This document shows positions 24,354 through 36,842 of a stretch of DNA of 64,000 bases, one piece after another. The position numbers and the translations under genes were made by a program. Below the pieces are notes generated by a model. It saw only the letters and a list, made by a program, of their open reading frames with translations, was not told the DNA's origin and searched no databases. Source of the stretch: Callorhinchus milii (lineage: Eukaryota); NCBI RefSeq assembly GCF_018977255.1, contig NW_024704743.1, positions 10,976,001 to 11,040,000 of the forward strand. Direction: 5' to 3'. The number at the start of each line of letters is the position of its first letter. The stretch's first letter is position 1.

Positions 24354-24390
24354 AGTTCTGACGAAAGGTCATACACCTGAAACGTTAACT
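24354..24390 (+). ncRNA. Minimal type I hammerhead ribozyme motif
   Basis: AGTT-CTGACGA-A-AGGT-CATAC-ACCT-GAAA-CG-TT-AACT: conserved core, stem I AGTT/AACT, stem II AGGT/ACCT, palindromic mini stem III (ACGT). Confidence 0.65.
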
Positions 24391-24490
24391 CATTTTTCCT
24401 TCTCCATAGATGCTGCCTGACCTGCTGCGTTGTTCCCAGCAACTTCTGTTTTTATTTCAGATTTCCAGCATCTGTAGTATTTGCTTTTTT
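24354..24490 (+). mobile_element. Penelope-like element terminal fragment
   Basis: GTTCTGACGAAAGGTCATACACCTGAAACGTTAACTC...AGATGCTGCCTGACCTGCTG...TTCAGATTTCCAGCATCTG, a repeat I recall as abundant in chondrichthyans. The hammerhead supports a Penelope-like origin. Confidence 0.65.
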
Positions 24491-24871
24491 TCAAATTTAT
24501 TTCTTAATGATCCTAACAATGCAAACCAATTGAATCCCTGGTGCCCTCTTGTTATTGCAGGACTTTTTGTTCACAGGCGAGGCTGACACCCCAGTAAAGT
24601 GCTAGGGGAGCACTGCATTGTCGGAAGTGCTGTCTTCTGAATAAGACATTAAACCGAGACACTGTCTTTGGGTGAAGGTTATAAGCCCCTGACACAATTT
24701 AAAATGAGAAAGAAGCCTTCCCCTGATGTCCTCACTCTCTTCACCTCGCCCCCTCTCTTCCTATTTTCAGGTCTCTGCTGAAGACCTTTCATTTCGACCG
24801 CGCCTTTGGTCAGCTTCCTGCCCCTCCCCCTGGCTCGGCCCCGGGATCCGTTACTGTGAAGCGCTCTGAGA

Positions 24872-25064
24872 CGCCAATTGCGCACATCAATGTCCCACAA
24901 ACAGTCGTGGATTGAAGATGACCAATGAAGATGTTTTGTTTTGGAAGGATTATTATTAGGCGTGTGGAGTAAGGAAACTTGTCCAAGATTTCGCCCTGCC
25001 TAGAATTGAACCCAGGTGTCTCATTTGCAAGGCGAGTGCTCTAAACACTGAGCTACAGGACTCC
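24872..25064 (-). mobile_element. CORE-like SINE (short variant), tail missing
   Basis: Reverse-complement head ...CTACAGGACTCCA and core GGAAACTTGTCCAAG. Confidence 0.8.
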
Positions 25065-25589
25065 ACTTCGTTTGTTATTGCACTTCACCCCATATATTGT
25101 AAAGTGGATTGATTGTATATTTGTGGGCGGAAAGGTTAAACGGCATTTGCTTAAGATTTTTTTTAGGACAGCTAACCTATAACTGAATCAATCAGTGAAT
25201 CAATCAATCATATCTCCCATATTGGAGAAGCTAACCCCAAATTGCTGTGCACCAAGCGCTTGGTTTCACACTGCTTCTGCTGCTGGCTATTTAATGCAGG
25301 GTCATTTTTTTCAAAGGTTTGGTTATGAATGGGAAGAGATGTGACAAGTTGCCTCCACCACCCGATGCCTCCACTCGCTTGGCTCCAGCCTCCTGCTTGT
25401 CCCTCATCCCCTTTGCTCCACTATCGGCGACCGTGCTTTCAGCCACTACTCCCCAAAACTTCCCCATTTTCAGATCGTGTCTGAAAGATTTGACCATGAT
25501 TACACTCACCTTCCCCCCCGAACTTGTCATCAGGCTCTGCCACATTGAAGCGCTGCTAACTGCTACCCCGAGTGAAGGGAGGTATCAGA

Positions 25590-25975
25590 GGTAGCTGATT
25601 TGGTAGCACTCTTGCCTCTGAGTTGTGGGCTCCAGCCTCACATCAGGGTCTTTGAACTCATATTGTTCATAGACAGTCCAATACAGTGCTGTATTATTTG
25701 AGAAGCCATCCTTCAGATAAAATATTAAACTAAGATCTTGTCTACCTGTCTAGGTGGACATTAAAGATCCCATCACACTACTCAAAAACGGGAGGGAGTT
25801 TTTTGGTCAATAATCTCCCAATAAAACTGGTCATTCACATTGTGGCTATTTGTGGGATATCGCCATGCACAAATTGACTGCTGTGTTCCCCTACAAATAC
25901 ATAGTCACCACCCTTTACCGCAAAAGCCTGTTAAGCGCTTTAAAATATCCTCCTGATGTGAAACGTGTTGAACCA
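25590..25975 (+). mobile_element. Deu-domain SINE, decayed
   Basis: GGTAGCACTCTTGCCTCTGAG head, Deu core and 3' domain. Confidence 0.7.
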
Positions 25976-26059
25976 AATAGCAGGGTCTCACTGGAGCTGA
26001 ACTGACTCCAAGGTGACCTGCTTGGCAATGGAATGTCAGAATCAAGCCAGCCCTATGTG

Positions 26060-26530
26060 GAGGTCTCGGTGAGCCTGGTTCCTGAGCCTGGCGGATATTC
26101 CAGGGCACTGCTGAAGATAGTACAACCGCTCATTGGCGGGACCTGGAAAGGCAGACCAGTCACTAACCAGTCATTGCATTCAGCTCCTGTTAACCCTGCA
26201 AACCAAAGCTCTAACGTAAAGGTTGGTCCTAGCAAGCAGCGGGAAAGCTTGCAAGATAGTGATATCAATGGCAAGCTATGCTGATTTTGCTGGATGGACT
26301 CCAGCAGTTACCCCAACGCACACTCTGAGGTGTCTAAGTCTTGGCTTTTGCCAACCTGGCTTAATACTTTATGGAATAAGGTAAGGAGGACACATTCATC
26401 CAGGGAGAGACTGCACATTCCATTTCAACAATCTATCTCTGGGAGTTTCATGTATAGGTGGGATGCACAGAATTCTCACTTGGTTTGGATACTCTTAAGC
26501 ATAGTGATGGGTTTCTGCATGTGTCAGATG
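26060..26530 (+). repeat. Unclassified dispersed repeat (~500 bp)
   Basis: Colinear with 59160-59585 and with the reverse complement of 31592-32050. Confidence 0.75.
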
Positions 26531-27769
26531 CAAGGTTATTATGATTATTATTATTACAATCGCTATTATTTTTTTACTCAGATTGTAAGGATGGTTGAGG
26601 CCAAGATTCATAAGAAACAGCTTGACGCTCTGATGGAAAGAAGCTGGGTGGGGATTCTGGAAGCATGAGATTAAGTGGGCCAAAGTCTTAATCATCCAAA
26701 CCAATCTTACAAACTTGTGAGAACCTCCCACCACCCCACATGGAACATTTTGCATCACTTTCTGTTCCTTAATTCTAAATCGATTTTGATTTCAACAAAA
26801 ATAATAATAATAATCCTTGCATTTGAATGTAGTGCCTTATCACATTGTCGAGACATCTCAAAGTGCCTCACAAGATTTTATGGTGAAGTGTAGTGATTGT
26901 GTATTTGTAGGCGAACCGGGCAGCCAATTTAAGCACAGTAATGTACCACAAACACAAACTAAGTTATGGGGTTGTGGAACCAAGTAACTCCAGTCTGCTT
27001 TCAGTATACATTCACAGTTGACAAGGAGTAGGTGAAACAATAACATCTGTGTGTAAGACCCTCCATTGGTTCTTCGCAGTCTCACAATCCCCTGTGAATC
27101 AACTCAATTCCTATCATGAATTTTAAGCACTTTGCTCATGCTTCTACGCCCCCAATCAGAGCGATAGTATAAAAAAAAAGTAAATTGTAGTCCCTCGATA
27201 ATTATGTTTTCTAAAATAACAATACTACTATTGACTACTATTGACTTTATAATAATCAGCGTGTGAATGTCTGATGTGAGATACCAGATTTACTTGTACT
27301 GTCAAGGTATTAAAGTGTAAGGCAAAAGGGCAGGGACAATGGCATTAAAACATCTGCCAAGATCTATTAAACCAGTGGAATGAGCTCAATGGGCAGAATA
27401 GATTCCCTCCTGTTTTCTAAAGCCCCTAACACAACAGAACATTGGTGTATTTTGAATGCTGGAAAGAAAATATAACTCTTAAAGTTTTATGTATTTTCTT
27501 AACAATATATACAGTATCCCCAGTTTTTAATCTCTCCTCCTCTGAAGGCACTGCCGCACACCGAGGTTTTCCTAAGTGTGTTCCATTCCTTATTTAAGGA
27601 ATGCTTTTACGAACAACAGCAAGTGAATTGATCATTTAATTTATTCCTGTTTGAAAGACGTTGTAAGACCACCCCTTCCCCCACCTCCCACCTCTCTCGC
27701 CTTACCCCCCCACCTGTGTGCCCCCCCCCCCAGCTCAGGTGCCCAGTCTACTGCGTGAAGAACCTCAGA

Positions 27770-27995
27770 AGAAATTCCCTTCTCTTTTCAAATAGTATGA
27801 TGAGATCTTTAACGTCCACTTGAACAGGCTAGGCAGGACCTCTTAACGTCTCATCCAAAGGATGGCACCTCGACAATGTGGCATATCCCCAGCATCAGCT
27901 TAGACTATAGGAGTTCAAAGTGCCAAGCTGGGGCTTATAACCCACAACCTTCTGACTCAAACAGGAGATTGCTACCAACTGAGCCAGGCTGACAT
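27770..27995 (-). mobile_element. Deu-domain SINE 5' half
   Basis: Reverse-complement Deu core and head ...CTACCAACTGAGCCAGGCTGAC. Confidence 0.75.
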
Positions 27996-28399
27996 GTAGG
28001 CTTCATGGCGATTAGTCACAATATCACATCGCAACTGTAACATCAGGTGGAGAAAGAGACAGCCTGACAGGAATGCAACACCACAACCTGACTCACTTTG
28101 AGTAAACATTGCAGCAGTGTAAAGAGCTTTGGGAATCTCCGCTGGTGTCCTGTGAGTGCAAAGGTCACAGTGCACAAGGCCCCATACTAAGTGGCATTCT
28201 CTATGGTACAATTACAGCTCTTTCATTGTGAAGCAACAGCTAAGATGTAGGTAAAATGTTCAACAGTGCTGCATGTACAGTTATAAAGAGGTAAATATCA
28301 AGTCTTCTAAATTCATAAACAACAGGTAATAGCCCAACCGCTCCCCCGTCCCCTGAGTTCTTCCCTACTCGGGGTTCTTCCCTACCATTTGGTCTCCGC

Positions 28400-29900
28400 A
28401 ACTCGGGCACCTGTGAGGATGATATTAATGTTATGGTATGGAGTACTTTCTTGCAGAGAAGCCACAATTCTGTTCTAATTCTGAAGCTGCTGTAATTATG
28501 GAGACTGACTCGGTTGGTGGTTTTCTACTGGATTTTTAATTAACAGAGTCCACAGATAATCAGAGATATGATTGTACAGTGTCTTTGATACAGATGCTTG
28601 AACAGAAAAGAATCACTGTTAGATAGAGGTAATGATATTTCGGCTTTGTTAATTAAATGCTCAGCTCTTTTGCAATGCAGTGCACAACACGTGGCAAATG
28701 CGTGTCTCAATTTATTAAAATATCTTCATCCTCTGGTGTAGGTATTCACTGCTGCTGTAGTGTTTAAAGCAAAGAACAATTTACAGAACCACGGAATCAG
28801 TGACTTCCCTGGATGCCTGTGTCATTCTGCCATGTGCGACTTGTGAAAAGCAGCCCACCTCCTCTTCATTAAAAAAAGGAAGCTTTCATTAACCACAGTC
28901 ATCATTATGATTAGGTGAACCGACCAAGTCAATTCCCTGCTCGGGATTTGTGCCCCTCCCTCCCTTCCCTCCCCACCGCGATCACTGAATGCACAGCTAC
29001 CTCCACACCAATGTATGATGGAAAATGGGTTCCTGAAATTGTTTCACTGATCGCAAATCTTAGCTGCGGGAATTGTAATCTCAAAACTGCTTCTGGCAAG
29101 CAGATGGAAAATAATTCCCTTTATATGTATGCGTTTCTCTTATAACTATGTACTGCACCACAAAACCTCTGAAAAATTCAAGGTATCTCTCCAACCATCT
29201 CCAATAGATTTTTATTTGTCATTCTGTCACCCCATTTGTAATGTTCCTTTTTTTTTGCCAAGCCATTCCATCATTTGGAGGAGGGGTGGTGGTGTTTGTA
29301 TAGATTATTGATATTTCATTGAAGAGAAAATACTATTGCTCTCAGATTCTTTGCTCGAGTTACTGCTCACATTCATTACAACCTGACAAAGAACCTATCA
29401 ACAAAGAGGCCTGTGCAGCCCAGTCATTGGCATCATCAGTCACCGTGCTGTAGGCAAATGCTAATTGAGTGGGAGAGGTGTTCCTACGTATGTCACAACA
29501 TATGGACTGTGTGAGCTTTGTCTCCAGGGTAATTGATATGATTGCTCATAAGACGATGGCACCAATTTTAATGGATTAATCTTTTAGCTTTGCAGAAGTA
29601 TTTTTTTTACAGTACAATTAAAGGCATGTAAACATGCAAGGCATTCATTCTCTTTGCCTCCTCCACCCCCAACCCCATAACCCAACCCCCCTATATGCCC
29701 CTCCCCCCCACCCCCCACACATACAGACCACCTCTACAAGGCTAAAATGATTCAAGTGGCTTTCTCCCTAATAAAATTGATTTCAATTACTTGTCACAAT
29801 CCTGCATGTTAATTAATTTGTGTTACAATCATATTAGTGAAATACATACCAGTCATGTGGGCGGAGAAATTGAAGCCTGAATGGGAGAGCGGATGGGATG
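28400..29900. other. Repeat-free island, candidate conserved non-coding element cluster
   Basis: No recognisable TE over about 1.5-2 kb; rich in TAATTA/TTTATTA/TGAC motifs. Conservation cannot be tested here. Confidence 0.35.
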
Positions 29901-31591
29901 CAGTAGCAGTGCCCCTGGCCACTCTTCCTTTCCCCAGCAAAACCAGTGCAACTCTTTATGGCAAAGAATCCAGGTTCCAGAGTGCAAAACATGCTCCGGA
30001 TACCTTCATATAAAAACTACTGTAATAAGTCGGAATTACAAAATGAAATGAAAAGGAATGTCATTCTCTTTAAATTTAATAATATAATCCTTTCATTTGA
30101 TATAGCATGTCATTGAGACGTCTCAAAGTGCTTCACAGAATACATTGCTAAGTATCTATCTTGTGGGAGAAACGTGGCAGCCAATGGCGCACAGCAATGT
30201 CCCACAAACAGTTGTGGATTTTTAAAAAAATGTCATAGCTGACAATGAGCTGAAATAAAGTACAACAATGGGACTAATGTCATGGTACATTCAATACTTA
30301 TCACCTAAGCTAGTGGGAGATAGCGCTCCCCCACCCGACAACCCACTTGAACATGGATTCAGTTCTCTATGGCAACGTTCACAAAGCCAGGCCCACAACA
30401 TATCGGTCTTTTAACTCGAGGATTGCAGATTTTGACTGATGATGCTCTGCGTCTTTGGTTTATGACAAATGTTATCTGTGTGCCGGATGTACATAGATGA
30501 CAGAAAGGTTTGTGGCAGTACTGGCAGTACTGGCATTTTGATATAGTACCTTTCACATTGGAAGGACATCTCAAAGAGTTTCAACCTGGGCTGTGAGTTC
30601 AATGTATTTCATTCATTTCCCAATCCAATTGGTATCAGTCTAAACTGTATAATGTCTAGGCAAGATCACTGGAGTCCATTTAAGCAATGTCACCCTTGCT
30701 TAATGTTCCCCTTCAACAATTTTCATCAAATTTGTCTTGACATCGCCGACTACCGAAATGATTACATTTGCTGTCGTTCGGAAAAATTAAATCTGCTGTC
30801 TTTTAACAAAACTGGGTGGGCGATGCTGAGGCTAATTAGACTAATGATCACTGTACAGTAATACGTACACTTCTAAGCAATACTGCCACCTGGACTGCAG
30901 TCAGGCAATCCTTTCTCTGAAAGCACGCAATATTCCTGGAAACCGTTTGTCTGGCAGAACGGATTCATTTATCTGTTTCACTTGCATTTTCTAGTAGCCG
31001 GGAACCATTTACTGTAGGCTGTGAGGCTGGATATCCCCAATCACTTTTGGAATAACAACGGCAGTCTTGATGGTGTGGGGTTTCCTGAATCACTTTGTCC
31101 CCAGAGGACAAAAATCAGCAAGATAAGTGTCTCTTAGCAACACGAACACTGAATTCCAAAGCTGCACACAGCTCAGCAGCATAAACCAGCAGACGGCAAA
31201 GAGAACAATTAAACCCTTTTGATGATCAGAAACAGAACCGAAAAAAGGAACCCTCAGCTTTTTTTCTTACATTTAAAGCCTACGTGTATTTTCGTTGCAT
31301 ATTGCAATAGCGTAAAACAATTCTCATTTAAGTTGATGAATGGTGCGGGGGGGGAAGAGAGTCAAGGTTTGATCGCATTATCTGATACATATGATTTAAA
31401 TGGCTCTGACAATATTAACATCATTCAACATTTCATACAAGCCGACGTTTAATGTCAAACTCATTAACACCAAGCAAGCCACATTCTACTTTCAGAAATA
31501 AAGGAAATCAAATGATAAGAGATCTGTGCGATCAAAATTCTTCAGAAACAACACGTTCCTTTCTGCATCTTGTTTCTTTTTATTTTATCAG

Positions 31592-32050
31592 TCAGTCGGG
31601 TGTCTGATACGTGCGGAAACCCATCACTTTGCTTAAAAATATCCAAACCTGCCTGAGAGTTTCATATAAGTCTGCCACCTACACATTGAAATTGTTTGGA
31701 ACTCATTGTGCCTCTTTCTCCAGAGGAACACATCTTGCTTGTCTAATTTTCGAGAGTATTCGGTGCAGGCTGGCAAGAGCCAAGGCTTGGGGACCCCAGA
31801 GTGTGTTGGGGTACTGTTGAGACTAAACAGCTAAAACCGCATAGCTTGCCATTGAGAGTACAGCCTGGCAAGCTTTTCACTGCTTGTCTGGCTAGGGTCA
31901 CGCTACCCATTATGGCTTTGGCTTGCAGAGTTAAAGGGAGCTGAGTGGGAAGAATCCTTGGCCCAGTTGATTGATCAGTTTCTCCAAGTGATGCCAGTGA
32001 GCCAGGCTGGCAGGTCTATCATCAGCAGTGCCCTGGAGTGCTGTGGACCC
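31592..32050 (-). repeat. Unclassified dispersed repeat (~460 bp)
   Basis: See 26060-26530. Confidence 0.75.
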
Positions 32051-32533
32051 ACTGGGCATGTTTCATTTCCTTTACTCACCAGGTTTTTCCATCAATTTCC
32101 TCTCCTCTTCCTCCCCCAGCGAAGAAACAACAACATGTACGATTTCTGGCAAATGACAGACATATTCCTGATATGCTGTAAATTTAAATCATATTAGAAA
32201 GGTGGCTTGGGAAAATAAACGGGGCTAACTTGCAATATTTCTTATCAGAATTCCTTCATAAGGAATCAGAGTCAAACAACCGGAGAACACTTTTTGATAA
32301 GAAATACATTGCACCACTCCACTCCCACATGATCTGCTTCCAAAGTAGAGTTCAATCTATTGACAAGAATTCTAACAGTATTTCTTATTAAGAACTGCCA
32401 TTAAGAAATACCACAAATTACAATAATTTGCATTAATTTATGCCCTTTACATACAATATCATCTCAGAATGCTGTGCAATGGCATGATCAGACACTATGG
32501 CGGGAAAGGGTTAAGGCGAGGTAACAATAGGTA

Positions 32534-34050
32534 CAACAACAACAACAAGATTCCATTTATAGAGCGCCTTTCACGTCGGGAGGACGTCCCAAGGTGCTGT
32601 ACAGTTGGGTCAAGACCCGAGCAGGGGGGAAATGGTCAGGGTGAGGGGAGGGAAGGGAGGGAGCGAGGAGGGGGTAGAGAGTCGAGAGGGGAGCTGAAGG
32701 CACGGTCAAAGAGAAAGGTCTTGAGACCGGCCTTGAAGGAGGAAAGGGAGGAGGCAAGGTGAAGGGACTGGGGGATAGAGTTCCAGAGCCTAGGGGCTGA
32801 GAGGCCTCTGGGGGATGGGGAGCCAGTGGAGGTGAGCGAGGGTGGGAGTGATGTGGTCCCGGAGCCTGGTGCGGGACAGTACATGAGCTGCAGAGTTCTG
32901 AATGACCTGCAGCTTGTGGATGGAGGTGCCGGGAAGGCCGGCGAGGAGAGAGTTCCCATAGTCCAGCCTTGAGGTGATAAAGGCGTGGACCAGAGTTCCA
33001 GCAGCGTGAGGGGTGAGGTAGTGCCGTAGTCTGGCGACATTCCGGAGGTGATGGAAGGTGGTGCCAGTTGTGGCGCGGATATGAGGGAGAAAGGACAGCT
33101 CAGGGTCGAAGAGAACAACAAGGTTCCTGACTGGCTTTGAGAGGTGGAGAGTGCAGCCTTGGATGCTGATGCTGTCAGCGCCTGAGGTGCGGAGGCGCTA
33201 ACGCGAGCCAATCAGGAGGGCCTCAGTTTTACGCACGTTGAGCTGAAGAAAGTTGTCTCTCGTCCAGAACTCGATGTCGGACGGGCAGCTGTCAGGACAT
33301 CGGTGGTCGTGGAGTTGAGGGTAGAGGAGGAAAGGTAGAGTTGGGTGTCAGTTGTGGCGTGGATATGAAGTTAATCCCATGTCTGAGGATGATGTCACCA
33401 AGAGCATATAGGTGGTGAAGAGGAGGGGACCGAGGACAGAGCCCTGAGGGACACCGCACGAGACAGTGCGGGGGCTGGAGGAAAAACCATTCATGGAAAC
33501 AAAGTGAAGACGGTGGGAGAAGTACGACCTAAACCACTCAAGGACAGGGCCTTGAAGGTTGAGTTGGGAGGACAAGCGGTGGAGGAGGATAGCATGGTCG
33601 ACCGAATCGAATGCTGCTGATAGGTCGAGGAGGACGAGGAGGCAGAGGGAGCCCTGGTCACAGATGGTCAGGATGTCATTGGTGACCTTGACCAGGGCAA
33701 TTTCTGTGCTATGGGCAGCATGGAAACCCGACTGAAGAGGTTCGAATAATGAATGGGTGGAGAGGAAAGAGCGCAGCTGGGAGGCGACAACTCATTCCAG
33801 GACCTTGGACAGGAAGGGGAGGTTGGAGATGGGCCGGTAGCTTGAAGAGGTTGGTTTGAAACCTGAACTTAGGGACAGATATAGAGGAGGAAAGATGTAG
33901 GGGTAGAGGGAGGGAGATCCAGAGGTTAGGGGTGTAGAATGACTTGACCACTGATGATGAAGCGGAGAGGATGGCGGACATGCAGCAAAAACCTGAGTTG
34001 GCCGAGCAAAGGGGTCAAGAACAGGAGTGGCATGGGAGAAGGTCAAAACG
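32534..34050 (-). mobile_element. L2 3' half (RT), with an internal deletion
   Basis: [32 protein letters not shown]2 tail and (CAA)n. Confidence 0.9.
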
Positions 34051-34089
34051 AGATAAAGATGTGGTTGACCTCAAATGTGAATTAACATG

Positions 34090-34525
34090 AACAACAACAA
34101 CAAGATTCCATTTATTGAGCGCCTTTCATGTCGGGAGGACGTCCCAAGGCGCTGTACAGTTGGGTCAGGACCCGAGCAAGGGGGAAATGGTCAGGGGGAA
34201 GGAAGGGAGGGAGCGAGGAGGGGGTAGAGAGTCGAGAGGGGAGCTGAAGGGACGGTCAAAGAGAAAGGTCTTGAGACCGCCTTGAAGGAGGAAAGGGAGG
34301 AGGCAAGGCGAAGGCACTGGGGGATAGACTTCCAGAGCCTAAGGGCTGAGAGGCTGAAGACCCGGCCACCGATAGTAGGGCGGTTGGGGCGGGGGATGTG
34401 GATCAGACCGGAGCCAGAGGAACGGAGGGTACGGGCGGGTAGGTAGGGGGATAGTAGGTCGGAGAGGTAGGAGGGAGCAAGGCCGTGAATGGCCTTGTAG
34501 GTGAGGGTGAGGATCTTGAATTCGA
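34090..34525 (-). mobile_element. Young L2 3' fragment (~435 bp)
   Basis: Near-identical to 12054-12503. Confidence 0.9.
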
Positions 34526-34759
34526 GAACACAGAACAGAAGCTGTGATATGATTGCATTGGGAAGGGCAGGTGCTGTTTCAAAGCTACCTTTTATAATAA
34601 TTTTCTCTTCTCATGATCCTTACCAAAGTTTGTTGATGTCAGGGTAAATGCTGAGATCTGGATTTGATGAACACTGTGACAAGGAGAAGCTTGCTATTAG
34701 CCACTATTAGTCTACAATTATTATTTGATCTGACTGTAAGATCAAACTCCACTGTGGAA

Positions 34760-35210
34760 GGGGAATGAGCCACAATTAAACAATCTGGGGCTCTTCAATC
34801 TTGAGAGAAGATATCTCAGAAGGGAGCTTATAAAGGTTGAAACAATTTTAAATGGGATTGAAAAAGTAAATCACTGAGATTAAGATTCACTGAGACAGTA
34901 GAACAAGGAGAGCATAGATTTAGAGTTGCAAATAGTAATTTCAGGACAGACACTAGAAAGTTTTTCTTTACCCACAGGATAAGTTAATGATTGAAACAGA
35001 CAGGAAGGCTGATTGAGGCCAGAACAATAACAACAACTTGCATTTATATAGCGCCCCTCATGCAGGGTAGCGTCCCAGTTGGCTTAAATGCACTCAGTTA
35101 AAAGGAGCTTGTTGCTATGATGAGAGAATGGTGGGCTGTGTATTCTGAAAAAATTAGATCAGATGGGCCAAAGGGCCTTCTTCATCTGAACTAATCTTGT
35201 GATCTTGTGA
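34760..35210 (+). mobile_element. Old CR1 3' end
   Basis: Degenerate LGLFNLERRYLRRELI..RKFFFT tract and an ATCTTGTGATCTTGTG terminus. Confidence 0.65.
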
Positions 35211-36842
35211 GAATGTTTATTTTGCTTGTTTTGACTCAGCTAACACTGGACATCAGAAAGAGTGATTGTTCTGGTGAATTCAAACTTATTAAAGGAAGAT
35301 GTTCCTATTGTGGAAGGGAATTGTGCATCGGCCTAATATTACAACATCTGCAAAATAAAGCATCCTTAGAAACGTCCATCTGAAACATATAACCCTGTCA
35401 AATAAGGAAACATGATTCAGTAGCTAATCTACTTGCCTCAAGACATGCTTCAAGATGTAGGTTCTGTTTTGTACAAAATACTGCTTTGATACCAGTTTGT
35501 ACGCAGGACCCCATGGCAGAGCTTCAGTCAGTGAAGCACTAGGGGTGTATAGATATAGCATTCAAACTGTTGTATTATCCTAAACAGATAACCAACTAAA
35601 ATATAAATTACAATGGTGTGTGCTCCATAGAAGTAGTCGGTGCTATTCTCTGAAAGGGCTTTCAATAATACATTTTGTTGAATTGTTTGACATTAGCCAA
35701 GGATCGTGCGGCTTCATATCTTTTGTTTACGAACTGTAAATTATTCCACAATAGAATTTCTTGCTTGCTAAAAGGTTTGTGCCAAAATGTTCTTGCAAAT
35801 TTAGTGCACCGGAATCTGAACAGCCTGATGAAAGCGTGAAATTCCAACAGTACATATCCACTTCTCACTCACTCCAGCCCGAGACAATTCCACCTCCAAA
35901 ACCAGCACTCAAAACACTAAATCCTAATGCAGCCACAAAGGGGTCCCTCCACCTTTGATTTTGCACCCACTGCATTGTAATTCCTTTACTTGCTATCAAA
36001 CCTAATCCAGAGATTATGGCAAATTCAGAAGTCCAATTGGTTCTGTGTAACATATAACTATTGTGCATTTTTATTTGAGTTTCACTTAAATTGAATCGTT
36101 ACATGGACGATTGGACACATTATGCCACAATAATAACTGAATTATCAAATTACATCAATGCTGTATGATAAAAAATCCTGATTCCCAACTCATCGTGATC
36201 CAATGTAACATTTATCTTAGAAAACAACAGTAGTTATGTTTTCATCTGGATTGAACCAGACTTCGCTTAGCGTTCATTCACTTGAAATAGTTGGAGGCAA
36301 AGAGCCAAAGGGATGCCACATCTCGTTTCCAGTGAGCAGTACAGGGTCATTTCAAGGAGCACGCATACATCACCCTCATATTGGTACATCTGTACCTTCA
36401 AGACATTCAAGACAGCCAGGCTAGATCAAATTGTTACGGCTCCACAATGCGGAAACATGTAAGATTAAGAAGTGAAGTAGATGACTTTAAACATGTTTAC
36501 TCTAAACTCTTTGCTTGATATATTGTGCATGGTTTAGACTCAAGGGCTAAATAGCTTCTCAGAACAGGCAGTCAAACCAGCAAATAACAGTACGAACATT
36601 GGCCAAAGAAAATCCACGAGCTTATCTGAGCGTGAAGCTGGCAATCAAATTCTATCAGTTCGTGTCTAATGTATTATAATGTATACATGTATTATAAAAT
36701 CAATAGATCTGTAAATTTGGATGAAACTTTAAACTGAGGTCCCATCTGCTTGTTCAGGTAAAGATCCCATGGCACTGTTTGAAAAGTGAAAGACATTTCT
36801 CCCTTTCTCCTCTGGACACAAAAAGTGTAAAACCAGCAACAA

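Noticed and set aside
35824..35845. CTGATGA...GAAA hammerhead-like core
   Set aside because: Only about 6 nt lie between the boxes, with no stem II or stem I pairing.
35660..36430. Short ORFs in unique sequence (also 43131-43366)
   Set aside because: No recognisable domain and no consistent splice-site framing.
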